From an uncultured Acidobacteriota bacterium (GTDB lineage Bacteria > Acidobacteriota > Thermoanaerobaculia > UBA5066 > Gp7-AA6): a DNA stretch of 64,000 bases. The position numbers were made by a program, and so were the translations under genes. Where the stretch lies: assembly GCA_963764715.1 (NCBI GenBank), contig CAVXTP010000010.1:160001-224000 (forward strand), given 5' to 3'. Shown piece after piece: positions 39,364 to 49,805 of this stretch. The notes beneath the pieces were generated by a model. It worked only from the letters and a program-made list of their open reading frames with translations. It was not told the DNA's origin and searched no databases. The number at the start of each line of letters is the position of its first letter. Positions within the stretch are counted from its first letter, which is position 1.

Positions 39364-41448
39364 TCAGTTCAGACGGAACGACAGCGCCACGCTCAGGATT
39401 TCCTTGGCCGCGAAGGGGCTCGAGCTCCAGGCGATCGTCGGCCCCTGCACGAAGATGTCGATGATCCCGGCAGTGAAGGCGATGCCGATGCGTGAGCCGG
39501 CCTGGAAGTAGTACTGGTTCCCCAGCTCTCCGCGGACCCCCGGGGAACCGTCGAATATTTCGCTCCCGCGGACCTGCGGTCCGCCCTCGATGCGCACCGG
39601 CGTCACCGCCAGCCCGAGCACGCCGAGGGGGTACCAGCGCAGGTCCAGGCCGAACGCTCCCGTCAGGTAGGCCGAGTCTCCGACCGTCCGCCGGGCGCAG
39701 ATCGCCAGCGACCCGCCGGGCGCCCAGAGGAACCTGCCGCCCCAGCGGTCCCGATCCCACAGAACCATCGCCCCGACCGCGCCCTCCCCGTACTGCCGTC
39801 CCTCGACGACCTCGGTCGGCGGCTCGACCGTGGTGACTCCCGTTCCCACGTACCAGGAGGCCGTCCGGCCTTCGAGTCGTCCGTACGGCGCTTCCGGGGG
39901 CGACCACGTGGCGTCCGACCGCTCGACCTTTTCGGTGTGGTGCTCGATCAGGGGCCCGCCGGCGAACTTCGGCGACGTCAGGGCCCAGGCGAAGCCGATT
40001 CCGATCGAGACCTCCGCGGCGGGCTTGCGCCAGTCGATCTCCAGCGGGCCGTGGAGCGTGAGGGCGAAGCGGCTGTCGATGACGTAGTCGACGCGGAAGA
40101 AATTCGACGTGACTTCCGATCCGGTGCGCTCCCCTCCGAAGGCGACGCGCCAGGCCGCCGGAGTGAACCCCACGGCGAGGCGTCTTCCGATGGGGAGCGC
40201 GAGGTCGACCTCGAGGCCGAGCAGGCCGGCCCCCACGCCGTTGTTGTAGCGCCGGTACCCGACCTCGCCGGAGAGCGCGTAGACGAAGGGATTGAGCTCC
40301 CAGCTGTACCGGAAGAGCGTCGCCTTTCCGGTGACGTCGACGAATTTGCGCGTGAAGTTGTAGGTCGTGTCGAGGCCGAGGAAGGCGTACGCGCCGGGAG
40401 AGATGTCGGTGGGCTGGCGCACGCCGCACTCGTCGCCCTGGCAGGAATAGGCCGCCGTAAACCAGCGGTCCTTGAAGGAGCGCCATTCCTCGGATTGTTC
40501 CGGGGCCGGCTCCGGAACCGGGACGGAAGACGCGGGCGGGGCGGAGGTCAACTTCTGTTTCTCCGCGATGCGGAGGTCGTGCACGACGATGAGCAGCTCG
40601 ACGATCGCCTGTCTCGCATCGTCGCCCTCCGCGGAGAGGCATTCGAAGGGCACCTTGTACGGATAATCGGTGAGGTCCTTGCAGTGGTGCCCGTCGGAGA
40701 CGACACGTTCCTCGACGACGTAAGTCTTGTCGCGGTGGTCGTCCCACTTGTGGAACGCGGAGTCGGGGATTTGCGCGACCTCTTCGGTCACCAGTCCCGG
40801 TAATCGGGTCAGTGGCTTCCAGATGCGGAGCTCTTCGATCTCATGCGTCCCCGGGCGACGCTGCGAGTGGGCTCCCGAGAACGAGTCGCCCACGGCGTGC
40901 ATGAGCTCGTACAGGCCGTACCCGCCCTTGCGCGCCCCGGGCCCCCCGTCGATGACGACCTGGCGCATGAGGTTGTCGAGCAGGTCTCGGCAGCGGACGA
41001 GCGCGGAGGTCGCGAGCCCGCGGGGAATCACGGTTCCTTCGATGTCCGGGGATTCGCCGTCCTCCAGCTGCGCCATGAAGTGAAAGCACTGGCCGGCGTC
41101 GCTGAATTGCCTCCGAAAGGCCGCGTCGGGATGGTCGGTCAGGGGCTTGGGCCAGCCGAGGAGGGGATTGGTCGTCGTCGCGTCGGCGCAAAAACCCGGG
41201 GGCTGGTCGCCCCAGCCGAAGCAGAGGGGCGCCTGGAGGTCCCCGTCGTTGAAGAGATCCCGCAGAACGTCGGGCCGCGCCGGCTCCCCGCCGTGCCCTT
41301 CGATGAGGGTGCGGTAGGCGACCGCCTCGATGACGACGTGCCCCTTGCTGTCGAAGGCCGCGGCGCGCTCCGCGGAGAGCGCCGCGAAGAGCGCGATCGG
41401 CAGCGTGAGGAGGGCCGCTTGCCGCGTTCCTCCCGGGGCTCGCTTCAT
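39364..41448 (-). CDS. Secreted protein with S1/P1-nuclease/phospholipase C-like Zn domain and C-terminal beta-rich region
   Basis: Mature N-terminus FDSKGH, HF, HAVGDSFSGAH, HKWDD; amphipathic strands ending LSFRLN. Confidence 0.6.
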   Translation of the reverse strand: MKRAPGGTRQAALLTLPIALFAALSAERAAAFDSKGHVVIEAVAYRTLIEGHGGEPARPDVLRDLFNDGDLQAPLCFGWGDQPPGFCADATTTNPLLGWPKPLTDHPDAAFRRQFSDAGQCFHFMAQLEDGESPDIEGTVIPRGLATSALVRCRDLLDNLMRQVVIDGGPGARKGGYGLYELMHAVGDSFSGAHSQRRPGTHEIEELRIWKPLTRLPGLVTEEVAQIPDSAFHKWDDHRDKTYVVEERVVSDGHHCKDLTDYPYKVPFECLSAEGDDARQAIVELLIVVHDLRIAEKQKLTSAPPASSVPVPEPAPEQSEEWRSFKDRWFTAAYSCQGDECGVRQPTDISPGAYAFLGLDTTYNFTRKFVDVTGKATLFRYSWELNPFVYALSGEVGYRRYNNGVGAGLLGLEVDLALPIGRRLAVGFTPAAWRVAFGGERTGSEVTSNFFRVDYVIDSRFALTLHGPLEIDWRKPAAEVSIGIGFAWALTSPKFAGGPLIEHHTEKVERSDATWSPPEAPYGRLEGRTASWYVGTGVTTVEPPTEVVEGRQYGEGAVGAMVLWDRDRWGGRFLWAPGGSLAICARRTVGDSAYLTGAFGLDLRWYPLGVLGLAVTPVRIEGGPQVRGSEIFDGSPGVRGELGNQYYFQAGSRIGIAFTAGIIDIFVQGPTIAWSSSPFAAKEILSVALSFRLN

Positions 41449-41478
41449 GGGGTCAGGTGATGCCGTCCCTTCTGCCCG

Positions 41479-42975
41479 CTAGGGATTGACCGGCGCCGGG
41501 GTGGGCTCGCGTCGCTCCTCCGTCGCGAATTCCGGCACGTCGGCCGGGGGCGGCGCCTCGGTTCCGGGCGACTGCCAGGTCGGGTTCTCGAGATTCCACC
41601 CGCCGCCGAGAGCCTTGTAGATGTCGACGTAGTCGTTCAGCAAGTCGAGGCGCGCTCGGGCGAGGGAGATCTCCGCCGGGAAGAGAAGCTGCATCGAGTA
41701 GAGCACTTCGAAGTAGTCCGCGAGACCGCTGTCGTAGCGCACCTGCGAAAGGCGCACCATCTCGCGATACGCGCCGGCGGTCCTCTCGAGCTCGGCCACG
41801 GCGGCGGCGATCTTCATCCGCGCGTAGAGAACCGTGGTCGTCTCCGCGAATGCTCCGGTGACGACCCGCTCGTAGACGGCTTTGGTCTGCTCCCACTGGG
41901 CGTAGGTCGCGGCGTACTCGCTGCGGATCCGTCCGCCCTGAAACAGCGGGCCGAGAAGGCTGGCGGCGATCGACCAGGTCTTTCCGGCGGGATAGAAGAA
42001 GTTGTCGATCTCGGGGGCGACGGCGCCGAAGAGCCCCGTCAGGCTGAGCCGGGGGAAGAAATTCGCGAACGCGACGCCGACGAGGGCATTGGCCGCGATG
42101 AGGTCTTCTTCGGCCTGACGCACGTCGGGACGACGAAGGAGCAGCTCCGAGGGAAGGCCGGGCGGCACCTCGGGCGGGATCGGCTGCGTTTCGATCGACT
42201 CTCCGCGCGGAACCGGTCCGGGATTGCGGCCGAGGAGCAGGCTGAGCTGATTCTCGGTGGCCTCGATCCTTCGCTCGATCTCGGGGATCTGCGCCGCGAC
42301 CTGCCCCAGCGCCGCCTCCGCGTAGGAGGTCTCGATCGCGGACGCCGCGCCCTGGTCGAGCTTGCGCTTGAAGAGGTTGTAGGTCTCCTGGAAGGAGTCC
42401 ACGGTCTTGCGCGTGATCACGAGCTCGGCGTCGAGCTCGCGGAGCGTGAAGTACGTGCGCGCGACGTCCGAAATCAGGGAGAGCAGGACGCCGCGGCGCG
42501 CATCCTCGCTCCCGAAGAAGCGGGCCTTCGCGGATTCGTTCAGCCGCCGGATCCGGCCCCAGATGTCGAGCTCCCAGCCGAAGTTGACGTTGGCGTCCCA
42601 GAGGTTTCCGGTCGCAGTGCTGTTGGGCGGGAGATAGACCGAGGTCCGGCCGCGGGAAAAGCCGCCGCCGATGTTGATCTGGGGGAAGAACTCCGACCGG
42701 GCGATTCCCGCGTTCGCCCGGAACTCGTCGACCCGCCAGGCCGCGATTCGGACGTCGTAGCTGCCGGCGAGAGCCTCGTCGATCAGCCGCTTGAGGACCG
42801 GGTCGCCGAAGACGTCCCACCAGGGCTGGTCGGCGAGCGACGGCGCGGGCGCCGGCGGTCCCTGAATCTCGCGGTACTGGTCGGGAACGGTGAGGGGAGG
42901 CCTCTCGTAGTTGGGGCCGACGGCGCATCCGGACACGAAGACGACGGCGAGGGCCGCGGCGACGAGCCTCCTCAT
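41479..42975 (-). CDS. Efflux outer-membrane lipoprotein (NodT/OprM family)
   Basis: Lipobox VSGC-AVGPNY, WELDIWG, LPSELL.RRPDV, YKALGGGW. Confidence 0.93.
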   Translation of the reverse strand: MRRLVAAALAVVFVSGCAVGPNYERPPLTVPDQYREIQGPPAPAPSLADQPWWDVFGDPVLKRLIDEALAGSYDVRIAAWRVDEFRANAGIARSEFFPQINIGGGFSRGRTSVYLPPNSTATGNLWDANVNFGWELDIWGRIRRLNESAKARFFGSEDARRGVLLSLISDVARTYFTLRELDAELVITRKTVDSFQETYNLFKRKLDQGAASAIETSYAEAALGQVAAQIPEIERRIEATENQLSLLLGRNPGPVPRGESIETQPIPPEVPPGLPSELLLRRPDVRQAEEDLIAANALVGVAFANFFPRLSLTGLFGAVAPEIDNFFYPAGKTWSIAASLLGPLFQGGRIRSEYAATYAQWEQTKAVYERVVTGAFAETTTVLYARMKIAAAVAELERTAGAYREMVRLSQVRYDSGLADYFEVLYSMQLLFPAEISLARARLDLLNDYVDIYKALGGGWNLENPTWQSPGTEAPPPADVPEFATEERREPTPAPVNP

Positions 42976-42976
42976 C

Positions 42977-45900
42977 TCAGTGCCCTCCGCCGGCGCCGGT
43001 CGGGCTCGGGGCCGGCGTGCCCGCGGCGGCGGGAGCGGCTTCCGGGACCCTGGCCTTGCCCTTGCCCGAGAGCTTTTCGACCATCACGAAGAGCGCGGGG
43101 ATGAGAAAGATCGCGATTCCCGTCGCGGCGAGCATGCCGACGATGACGACGGTGCCCAGCACTTTGCGGGAGACGGCCCCCGAGCCCGAAGCGGTCCAGA
43201 GCGGGACGCAGCCGAGGATGAAGGCGAAGGACGTCATCAGGATCGGCCGGAGGCGCAGCTTCGCCCCTTCGAGAGCGGCGTCCACCAGGCTCTTTCCCTC
43301 TTTTTGCTGCAGGACGGCGAACTCGACGATCAGGATGGCGTTCTTGGCGGCGAGTCCGATCAGCATGACGAGCCCGATCTGGCCGTAGACGTCGAGGTTG
43401 AACTTGCGCATGAGGAGTCCGAGGAAGGCGCCGAAAACCGCGACCGGGACGGACAGCAGGACGCTGAAGGGAAGGGACCAGCTCTCGTAGAGCGCGGCGA
43501 GGATCAGGAACACAAAGACGATCGAGAGGACGAACACCCGTGCGCCCGCCCCCGCGGCCTTGACCTCCTGGTACGACATGTCGGCCCAGTCGTAGCCCAT
43601 CTCGCGCGGCAGGACCTCCTTCGCGACGGCCTCGAGCGCCGCCGTGGCCTGGCCGGAGCTGTAGCCGGGCGCGGGGACTCCGGTGACCTGCGCGGCCCGG
43701 AAGAGGTTGAACCGGTTGGTGAACTCGGGCCCCGCGATCGCCCGGGTCGTCGCAACGGCGGAAAGGGGCACCATCTGGCCATCGTTGTTTCGCACGTAGA
43801 ACTGGTTGATGTCCGCGGCCTTGACGCGTCCCTCGGCTTCGGCCTGCAGGAAGACCTTCCACTGGCGCCCGAAGCGGTTGAACTGGTTCACGTAGATGCC
43901 GCCAAGAAACGCCTGGAGGGTCTGGTAGACATCTCCGACGGCGACGCCCTGTTTCAGGACCTTGTCCCGGTTGATGTCGGCGTAGATCTGGGGCACCGAG
44001 GGCCGCCAGACGCTGTTGACGTTGGCGAGCTCCGGGCGCTTCCTCGCGGCCTCCAGGAACTTCTGAAGATTCTGGTTCAGGTACTCGACGCTTCCGCCGC
44101 TGCGGTCCTGGAGCCAGAAGGAGAAGCCGCCGCCCGTGCCGAGTCCCTGGATGGCCGGAGGCGGAAAGGCCACGGCGCTCGCTTCGAGAATCTGGGCTCG
44201 AAGAACGCCATTCAACCGCTGCATGATCGGCCCGACCTCCATCTCCTTGCCTTTGCGCTCGTCCCAGGGATCGAGGGAGACGAAGTAGAACCCCGTGTAC
44301 GGCGCCGAGGCACCGGCCAGGAGGCTGTACCCCGCCACCGTCGTGACGTACTTGACCCCCTTGGTCTCCGCGAGGATCTTCTCGATCTTCTTGCAGACCG
44401 CATCCGTCCGCTGGAGCGAAGAGGCGTCGGGAAGCTGGACGTTGATGAAGAAGTAGCCCTGGTCCTCGTCCGGGAGGAAGCCCGAGGGAAGCTTCTTTCC
44501 GAGCAGTCCGGAGAGCGCGACGAAGCCGCCGAGGATCAGGAGCGTGACGAAGACCTTTCGGACCAGGTGATGGGAGAGGTTGACGTAGCCGTTGGTCATC
44601 TTCGCAAAGACCCGGTTGAACCAGGCGAAGAACTTCCCGAGCGGCCCCTTCGACTCCTTCTTGGGTTTCAGGATGAGGGAACAGAGCGCCGGCGACAGCG
44701 ACAGGGCGTTGAAGGCCGAAATCAGGACCGAAACGGCGATCGTGATGGCGAACTGCATGTTCATCCGCCCCTGGATCCCGCCCATGAAGGCCACGGGGAT
44801 GAACACGGCGGAAAGGACGAGGGCGATTCCGATGACCGGCTGCGTGACCTCTTCCATCGCCTTCAGCGTGGCGTCCTTCGGCGAGAGTCCGTGCTCGATG
44901 TGGTGCTCGACGGCCTCGACGACGACGATCGCGTCGTCCACGACGAGGCCGATGGCGAGGACCAGGCCGAAGAGCGAAAGCGTGTTGATCGAGAAGCCGA
45001 GCATCGGAAAGAACATGAACGTGCCGACGAGCGACACCGGCACGGCGAGCAGCGGAATGAGCGTCGCCCGCCACCCCTGCAGGAACAGGAACACGACGAT
45101 GATGACGAGAACGATCGCCTCGAAGAGGGTGTGCTCGATTTCCTTGATGCCCTCGGTGACCGGCAGCGTCGTGTCGAGGGCGACGACGTAGTCGAGGTCG
45201 TCCGGAAAGCGCTCCTTCAACTCCTGCATGGTCTTCTTGACGCCCTCGGCGACGGCGATGGCGTTGGAGCCCGGGACCTGGAAGACGCCGATCGGGCAGG
45301 AGGGCTTGCCGTTCAAGCGCGCGCGCTGCTGGTAGTTCAGGGCGCCGAGGTCGATCCGGCTGACGTCCTTCAGGCGAACCATGGACCCGTCGGGGTTCAA
45401 GCGCACGACCACGTTGCCGAATTCCTCGGCGGTCTCGAGGCGACCCTTGGAGCGGAGGGTGTAGGTGAACTCCTGGCCCTGCGGAGCGGGCTCCGTGCCG
45501 ATTCCCCCGGCCGGGTTGACCGTGCTCTGCTGCTTCACCGCGTTCATCAGGTCGGGGACGGTCAGCCCGAGGCTCGCCAGCCGTTCCGGCTTGACCCAGA
45601 TGCGCATGGCGTAGTCGGCGGTTCCGTAGTTCTGGATCTGGCCCACACCCGGAACGCGGTAGATGGCGTCGTTGACGTTGATCGTCGCGTAGTTGCCGAG
45701 GAAGAGCGCGTCGTACGTTCCCTTGGGGGAATACAGCGAGACGATGAGCAGGGGATTGCTCGTGGCCTTCTTGACCGTCAGGCCGAACTGGTTCACGTCG
45801 GCCGGCAGGTTGGGCTGCGCCTGCGAGACCCGGTTCTGCGTGTTGACCTGGTCGAAGTTGATGTCGGTCTCGACGTCGAACGTGACGGTGAGCTTCATCG

Positions 45901-46159
45901 TCCCGTCGTTCGCGTTGATGGACTGCATGTAGATCATGTAGTCGACGCCGTTCATCTGCTGCTCGATCGGCGTCGCGACGGACTGCTCGATCGTGATCGC
46001 GTCGGCGCCGGTGTAGGTCGTCGTGACCTGGATCTGCGGCGGCACGATGTCCGGGTACTGGGCGGTCGGGAGCTTCGTCATCGCGACCGCCCCCGCCATC
46101 GTCATCAGGATCGCGATGACGATCGCGACGATCGGCCGGCGGACGAAAAAGGCGCCCAC
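42977..46159 (-). CDS. RND efflux permease (HAE1/AcrB family)
   Basis: FFVRRPI, AIGLVVDDAIVVVE, GLAAKNAILIVEFA, RLRPILMTS. Confidence 0.95.
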   Translation of the reverse strand: MGAFFVRRPIVAIVIAILMTMAGAVAMTKLPTAQYPDIVPPQIQVTTTYTGADAITIEQSVATPIEQQMNGVDYMIYMQSINANDGTMKLTVTFDVETDINFDQVNTQNRVSQAQPNLPADVNQFGLTVKKATSNPLLIVSLYSPKGTYDALFLGNYATINVNDAIYRVPGVGQIQNYGTADYAMRIWVKPERLASLGLTVPDLMNAVKQQSTVNPAGGIGTEPAPQGQEFTYTLRSKGRLETAEEFGNVVVRLNPDGSMVRLKDVSRIDLGALNYQQRARLNGKPSCPIGVFQVPGSNAIAVAEGVKKTMQELKERFPDDLDYVVALDTTLPVTEGIKEIEHTLFEAIVLVIIVVFLFLQGWRATLIPLLAVPVSLVGTFMFFPMLGFSINTLSLFGLVLAIGLVVDDAIVVVEAVEHHIEHGLSPKDATLKAMEEVTQPVIGIALVLSAVFIPVAFMGGIQGRMNMQFAITIAVSVLISAFNALSLSPALCSLILKPKKESKGPLGKFFAWFNRVFAKMTNGYVNLSHHLVRKVFVTLLILGGFVALSGLLGKKLPSGFLPDEDQGYFFINVQLPDASSLQRTDAVCKKIEKILAETKGVKYVTTVAGYSLLAGASAPYTGFYFVSLDPWDERKGKEMEVGPIMQRLNGVLRAQILEASAVAFPPPAIQGLGTGGGFSFWLQDRSGGSVEYLNQNLQKFLEAARKRPELANVNSVWRPSVPQIYADINRDKVLKQGVAVGDVYQTLQAFLGGIYVNQFNRFGRQWKVFLQAEAEGRVKAADINQFYVRNNDGQMVPLSAVATTRAIAGPEFTNRFNLFRAAQVTGVPAPGYSSGQATAALEAVAKEVLPREMGYDWADMSYQEVKAAGAGARVFVLSIVFVFLILAALYESWSLPFSVLLSVPVAVFGAFLGLLMRKFNLDVYGQIGLVMLIGLAAKNAILIVEFAVLQQKEGKSLVDAALEGAKLRLRPILMTSFAFILGCVPLWTASGSGAVSRKVLGTVVIVGMLAATGIAIFLIPALFVMVEKLSGKGKARVPEAAPAAAGTPAPSPTGAGGGH

Positions 46160-46163
46160 GACG

Positions 46164-47342
46164 CTACGTCCCGGTCTTCGGAGCGGCTTCGGCGGCGGGG
46201 GCCGGCTCGCTCGAAGCCTCTTTCGGCACGACGGTCATGCCGCTTCGCACCCGCTGGAGACCTTCGACGATGATGCGGTCTCCCGCCTTGAGTCCGTCCT
46301 CGATGACCCACAGGCTCCCGTCGACGGGCCCCGGCTTCACGACGCGGATCGTCACCTTGTTGTCAGCGCCGACGACCGCGACCTGATAACTGCCCTGCAA
46401 CTCGCTCACGGCGCGCTGCGGAACGAGGATGGCGCCCTTCTTCGTATCGACCGCGACGCGGACCTTGGCGTACTGGCCGGGCCGCAACAGGTTGCCGGGG
46501 TTCGGAAAGACGCCGGCGAGCTGGATCGTGCCCGTCTTGACGTCGACTTCGCGCCCCACCAGGAACGGGCGGCCGCGGTGAGGGAACACCGAGCCGTCGG
46601 AAAGGACGAGCTGCAGGGGGCCCTTGTCCAGGCTCTGGTCGGTTCGCAGCGTCTTCTCCGGAGGACCGTACTTGGCGACCCAGGCCAGGTACTCCTGTTC
46701 GCTCGGGTTGAAGTACACCTTGATGGGGTCGACCTGCGAGACCGTTGTCATCAGGATCTCGCGGTTGACGAGATCACCGACCTGAGACTTGGCAACGCCC
46801 GCGACACCATCGATCGGCGAGACGACCTTCGTCCAGCCGAGGTCGAGTCTCGCCTTCTCGAGGCTCGCCCGAGCGCTCTCCACGTTGGCCTGCGCCGTGC
46901 GCTCGCGCGTTTCGGCGTCGTCGAGCTCCTGCTGGCTGATGGCTTTCTCGGCGGCCAGGGGCCGGTATCGTGCCACCGTCGTCGTGGCGTTGGCGAGCGT
47001 CGCTTCGTACTGGGCGAGCGTGCCCTTGGCCTGGTCGTAGGTCGCCTGGAACTGCCGCGGGTCGATTTCGAAGAGGGTATCGCCGGCCTTGACCGCGAAT
47101 CCCTCGCGGTAGACCTGTCGGAGGACGTAGCCCTCGATCTGCGGGCGGATCTCGGCGTTGACGAAGCCGTCGAGCGTCCCGATCCACTCCTGAACGATCG
47201 AGACGTCTTTCTGGACGACCGGGGCGACCTCGACGGTCGGGGGAGGCGCGACCGGCGTCTCCTTCTTGCCGCACGCCGAGGCGGCGGCGAGTGCGAACAG
47301 CACGGCGGCTGAGAGCGGTAGTCGTCGGCTGCGCAGCGGCAT
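46164..47342 (-). CDS. RND periplasmic adaptor (MFP) lipoprotein
   Basis: ASAC lipobox, EIRPQIEG, SPIDG, FPNP..LLRPGQY. Confidence 0.92.
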   Translation of the reverse strand: MPLRSRRLPLSAAVLFALAAASACGKKETPVAPPPTVEVAPVVQKDVSIVQEWIGTLDGFVNAEIRPQIEGYVLRQVYREGFAVKAGDTLFEIDPRQFQATYDQAKGTLAQYEATLANATTTVARYRPLAAEKAISQQELDDAETRERTAQANVESARASLEKARLDLGWTKVVSPIDGVAGVAKSQVGDLVNREILMTTVSQVDPIKVYFNPSEQEYLAWVAKYGPPEKTLRTDQSLDKGPLQLVLSDGSVFPHRGRPFLVGREVDVKTGTIQLAGVFPNPGNLLRPGQYAKVRVAVDTKKGAILVPQRAVSELQGSYQVAVVGADNKVTIRVVKPGPVDGSLWVIEDGLKAGDRIIVEGLQRVRSGMTVVPKEASSEPAPAAEAAPKTGT

Positions 47343-47499
47343 GTTTTCCTCCGAAAATCGGCGGCTCTTCATCGGAGTTAGAGCAAACGCAATATATCCC
47401 GCAGGCCCGGTGAGGCGAAACGCCGTCGCGCGACGGAACGAAAGCACGTCGTGGCTCATCTTCGAGGCTGAAGATAGGCCCGGCGGCCGGAATCTCGCC

Positions 47500-47517
47500 A
47501 TAGGGCCTTGGTCCCAT
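47500..47517. promoter_or_regulatory. 18-bp palindromic operator, site D
   Basis: Minus strand ATGGGACCAAGGCCCTAT; -10 TATCTT at 47476-47471. Confidence 0.66.
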
Positions 47518-47585
47518 AGCGCAGCGAAGACGCCGCCGCGAGCCCGGCTCGCGCCGGGCTTCGGCTCGTGGGATAGGGTTTCCGC

Positions 47586-48281
47586 GTGAAGACCGAGGTG
47601 CTCGCCGACGCCGAATCGGCGGCCCGCCGCGCCGCCGGGGTCATCGCCGCCGACGCGCGCGCGGCCGTCGCCGCGCGCGGCCGCTTCGTCATGGCGGTCA
47701 GCGGCGGACGCACGCCCTGGGTGATGCTGCGGGTCCTCGCCGGCGAAGAGGTCCCCTGGTCCTTCGTCCACGTCGTCCAGGTGGACGAGCGCGTGGCCCC
47801 GGCCGGAGACCCCGACCGCAACCTCATGCACCTGCGGGACAGCCTGCTCTCGCACGCGCCGCTGCCGCCCGGGCAGATCCACGCGATGCCGGTCGAAGCC
47901 GCGGACCTCGAGGCGGCTGCGGCGGCGTATGCGCGCCTTCTCGAGGGAATCGCCGGAACGCCGCCCGTCCTCGACCTGGCGCATCTCGGCCTCGGGCCCG
48001 ACGGGCACACGGCCTCGCTCGTGCCGGGCGACCCGGCGCTCGCCGTGACGGACCGCGACGTGGCCTTGACCGGCGTCTACATGGGAAGACGCCGCATGAC
48101 CCTGACGTACCCGGTGCTGAACCGGGCCCGGCGCGTCCTGTGGCTCGCGACGGGCGCCGAGAAGGTCGCCATGCTCCCGCGGCTTCTCACCGGCGACCCG
48201 TCGATTCCGGCCGGAAGAGTGGCGCGCGAAAACGCGCTCGTCGTGGCCGATCGCGCGGCGATGGGCGAACCGCCGTCTTGA
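47586..48281 (+). CDS. pgl: 6-phosphogluconolactonase
   Basis: SGGRTP, VDERV, LGLGPDGHTASL, RMTLT. Confidence 0.9.
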   Translation: MKTEVLADAESAARRAAGVIAADARAAVAARGRFVMAVSGGRTPWVMLRVLAGEEVPWSFVHVVQVDERVAPAGDPDRNLMHLRDSLLSHAPLPPGQIHAMPVEAADLEAAAAAYARLLEGIAGTPPVLDLAHLGLGPDGHTASLVPGDPALAVTDRDVALTGVYMGRRRMTLTYPVLNRARRVLWLATGAEKVAMLPRLLTGDPSIPAGRVARENALVVADRAAMGEPPS

Positions 48282-49180
48282 ACGATCCCTCCGCGCGCGT
48301 TCTGGCCGCCGGGGGCCTCGAAGCCGTGTTCCTGCCCGGCCGCGGGATGCTCGGCGCGTCGTTGAAGCGCCGCGGCGTCGAGCTCCTCCGGCGCGTCGAG
48401 GACCTCGAAGCCTCGGCACGGAGCGGCTCGACCGCCGGGATCCCGCTGCTCCACCCCTGGGCCAATCGCCTCGCGGGGCTCCGCTATCGCGCGGCGGGGC
48501 GCGAGGTGGAGCTCGACCCGTCCTCGCCGCTGCTTCGCCGGGATGCCGGGGGACTCCCGATTCACGGCGTGCCGTGGTCCCGGCTCGCCTGGAGCGTCAC
48601 CGAGGCCGCGACGAACCGGCTGACCGCCCGCCTCGACTGGAACCGCGCCGATCTCCTGGCCGTTTTTCCGTTTGCGCACCGGTTGACGATGCGCGTGACG
48701 CTGGCGCCGGAGGGGCTCACGCTCGAGACCGTGCTCTCCGCCGGCGACGGCCCCGTGCCCGCCTCCTTCGGGTTTCACCCTTACCTCGCGATCCCCGGAA
48801 GCCCGCGCGGGCAGTGGCGTCTCGAGCTTCCGGCGATGCGGCGGCTCACGCTCGATCCGCGCGGGATCCCGACCGGCGAGGAGACGCCGTTCGAGGCGCT
48901 CGACGCTCCTCTCGGGGACCGCGCCTTCGACGACGGCTTCATGCTCCCCTCGGAGAGCTCCGGCCTCTCGGTTTCGGGCGGCGGCCTCCGGATCTCCGTC
49001 GAGCTCCTCGCGGGATATACCCACGCCCAGGTCTACGCGCCCTCCGGCCAGGACTTCGTGGCATTCGAGCCCATGACGGCGCCGACGTCCGCCCTGACGA
49101 GCGGGAACGGGCTTCGCCTCGTTCGGCCCGGCGGGGAGCTCCGCACGGCGTTTCGCATAAGAGTGGACGGGGAGGCCTAG
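48278..49180 (+). CDS. Aldose 1-epimerase family protein
   Basis: GIPLLHPWANR, IHG, GFHPY, FDDGF, FEPMT. Confidence 0.85.
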   Translation: MNDPSARVLAAGGLEAVFLPGRGMLGASLKRRGVELLRRVEDLEASARSGSTAGIPLLHPWANRLAGLRYRAAGREVELDPSSPLLRRDAGGLPIHGVPWSRLAWSVTEAATNRLTARLDWNRADLLAVFPFAHRLTMRVTLAPEGLTLETVLSAGDGPVPASFGFHPYLAIPGSPRGQWRLELPAMRRLTLDPRGIPTGEETPFEALDAPLGDRAFDDGFMLPSESSGLSVSGGGLRISVELLAGYTHAQVYAPSGQDFVAFEPMTAPTSALTSGNGLRLVRPGGELRTAFRIRVDGEA

Positions 49181-49268
49181 CCCGGCGGATGGCCGGCCGG
49201 GATCCGCAGCCGCCGTGCAACCCTTTCGGCCGCCGCCCGCACTCATGGGCGACCGAAAGGAGGTCCCC

Positions 49269-49805
49269 ATGAAGACGAGGATCGGCGTGACCCTGGGCTC
49301 CTGCGCTCTCGCCGCCGCGGCGTTCCTGAAGGGAGAGGATCCGGCCGGAACGGTGCCGGCCACGCCGGAACTCGCGCGCGCGGCCTTCGCGCGCTTCCAG
49401 TCGAATGACGGAAACTGGATCGGAAAGAGCACGAAGGGCTGGGAGGAGACGCTCCGGTACCGGACGATCGCCGGCGGTTCGACCGTTCTCGAGACCTCCT
49501 TCGACGCCCATCCCGGGCAGGAGATGGCGACGGCGTTCTATCTCGACGGGGACCGGCTCATGCTGACGCACTACTGCATGGCGAAAAACGCGCCGCGGCT
49601 CGAGGCGACGGCCTTCGGCGACGGCGGCCGCACGGTGGTCTTCACGTTCGTCGACGGCGCGAACATCCCGACGCGCGACAAGGGACACATGGACAAGGCG
49701 GTCTTCCGCTTCGAGACGGAGGACCGCGTGGTCTCGCGCTGGACCTGGTACGAGAACGGACGGGAAAAATGGTTCGAAGAGATCGTCCAGACGCGCCGGC
49801 CGTGA
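49269..49805 (+). CDS. Hypothetical secreted protein
   Basis: AGGAGG RBS; signal peptide; LMLTHYC..N.PRL motif. Confidence 0.65.
   Translation: MKTRIGVTLGSCALAAAAFLKGEDPAGTVPATPELARAAFARFQSNDGNWIGKSTKGWEETLRYRTIAGGSTVLETSFDAHPGQEMATAFYLDGDRLMLTHYCMAKNAPRLEATAFGDGGRTVVFTFVDGANIPTRDKGHMDKAVFRFETEDRVVSRWTWYENGREKWFEEIVQTRRP

Noticed and set aside
42911-46273. Very long antisense ORFs (e.g. 1120 aa at 42911, 704 aa at 36428, 695 aa at 3276)
   Set aside because: Shadow frames of high-GC genes on the opposite strand; no recognisable motifs
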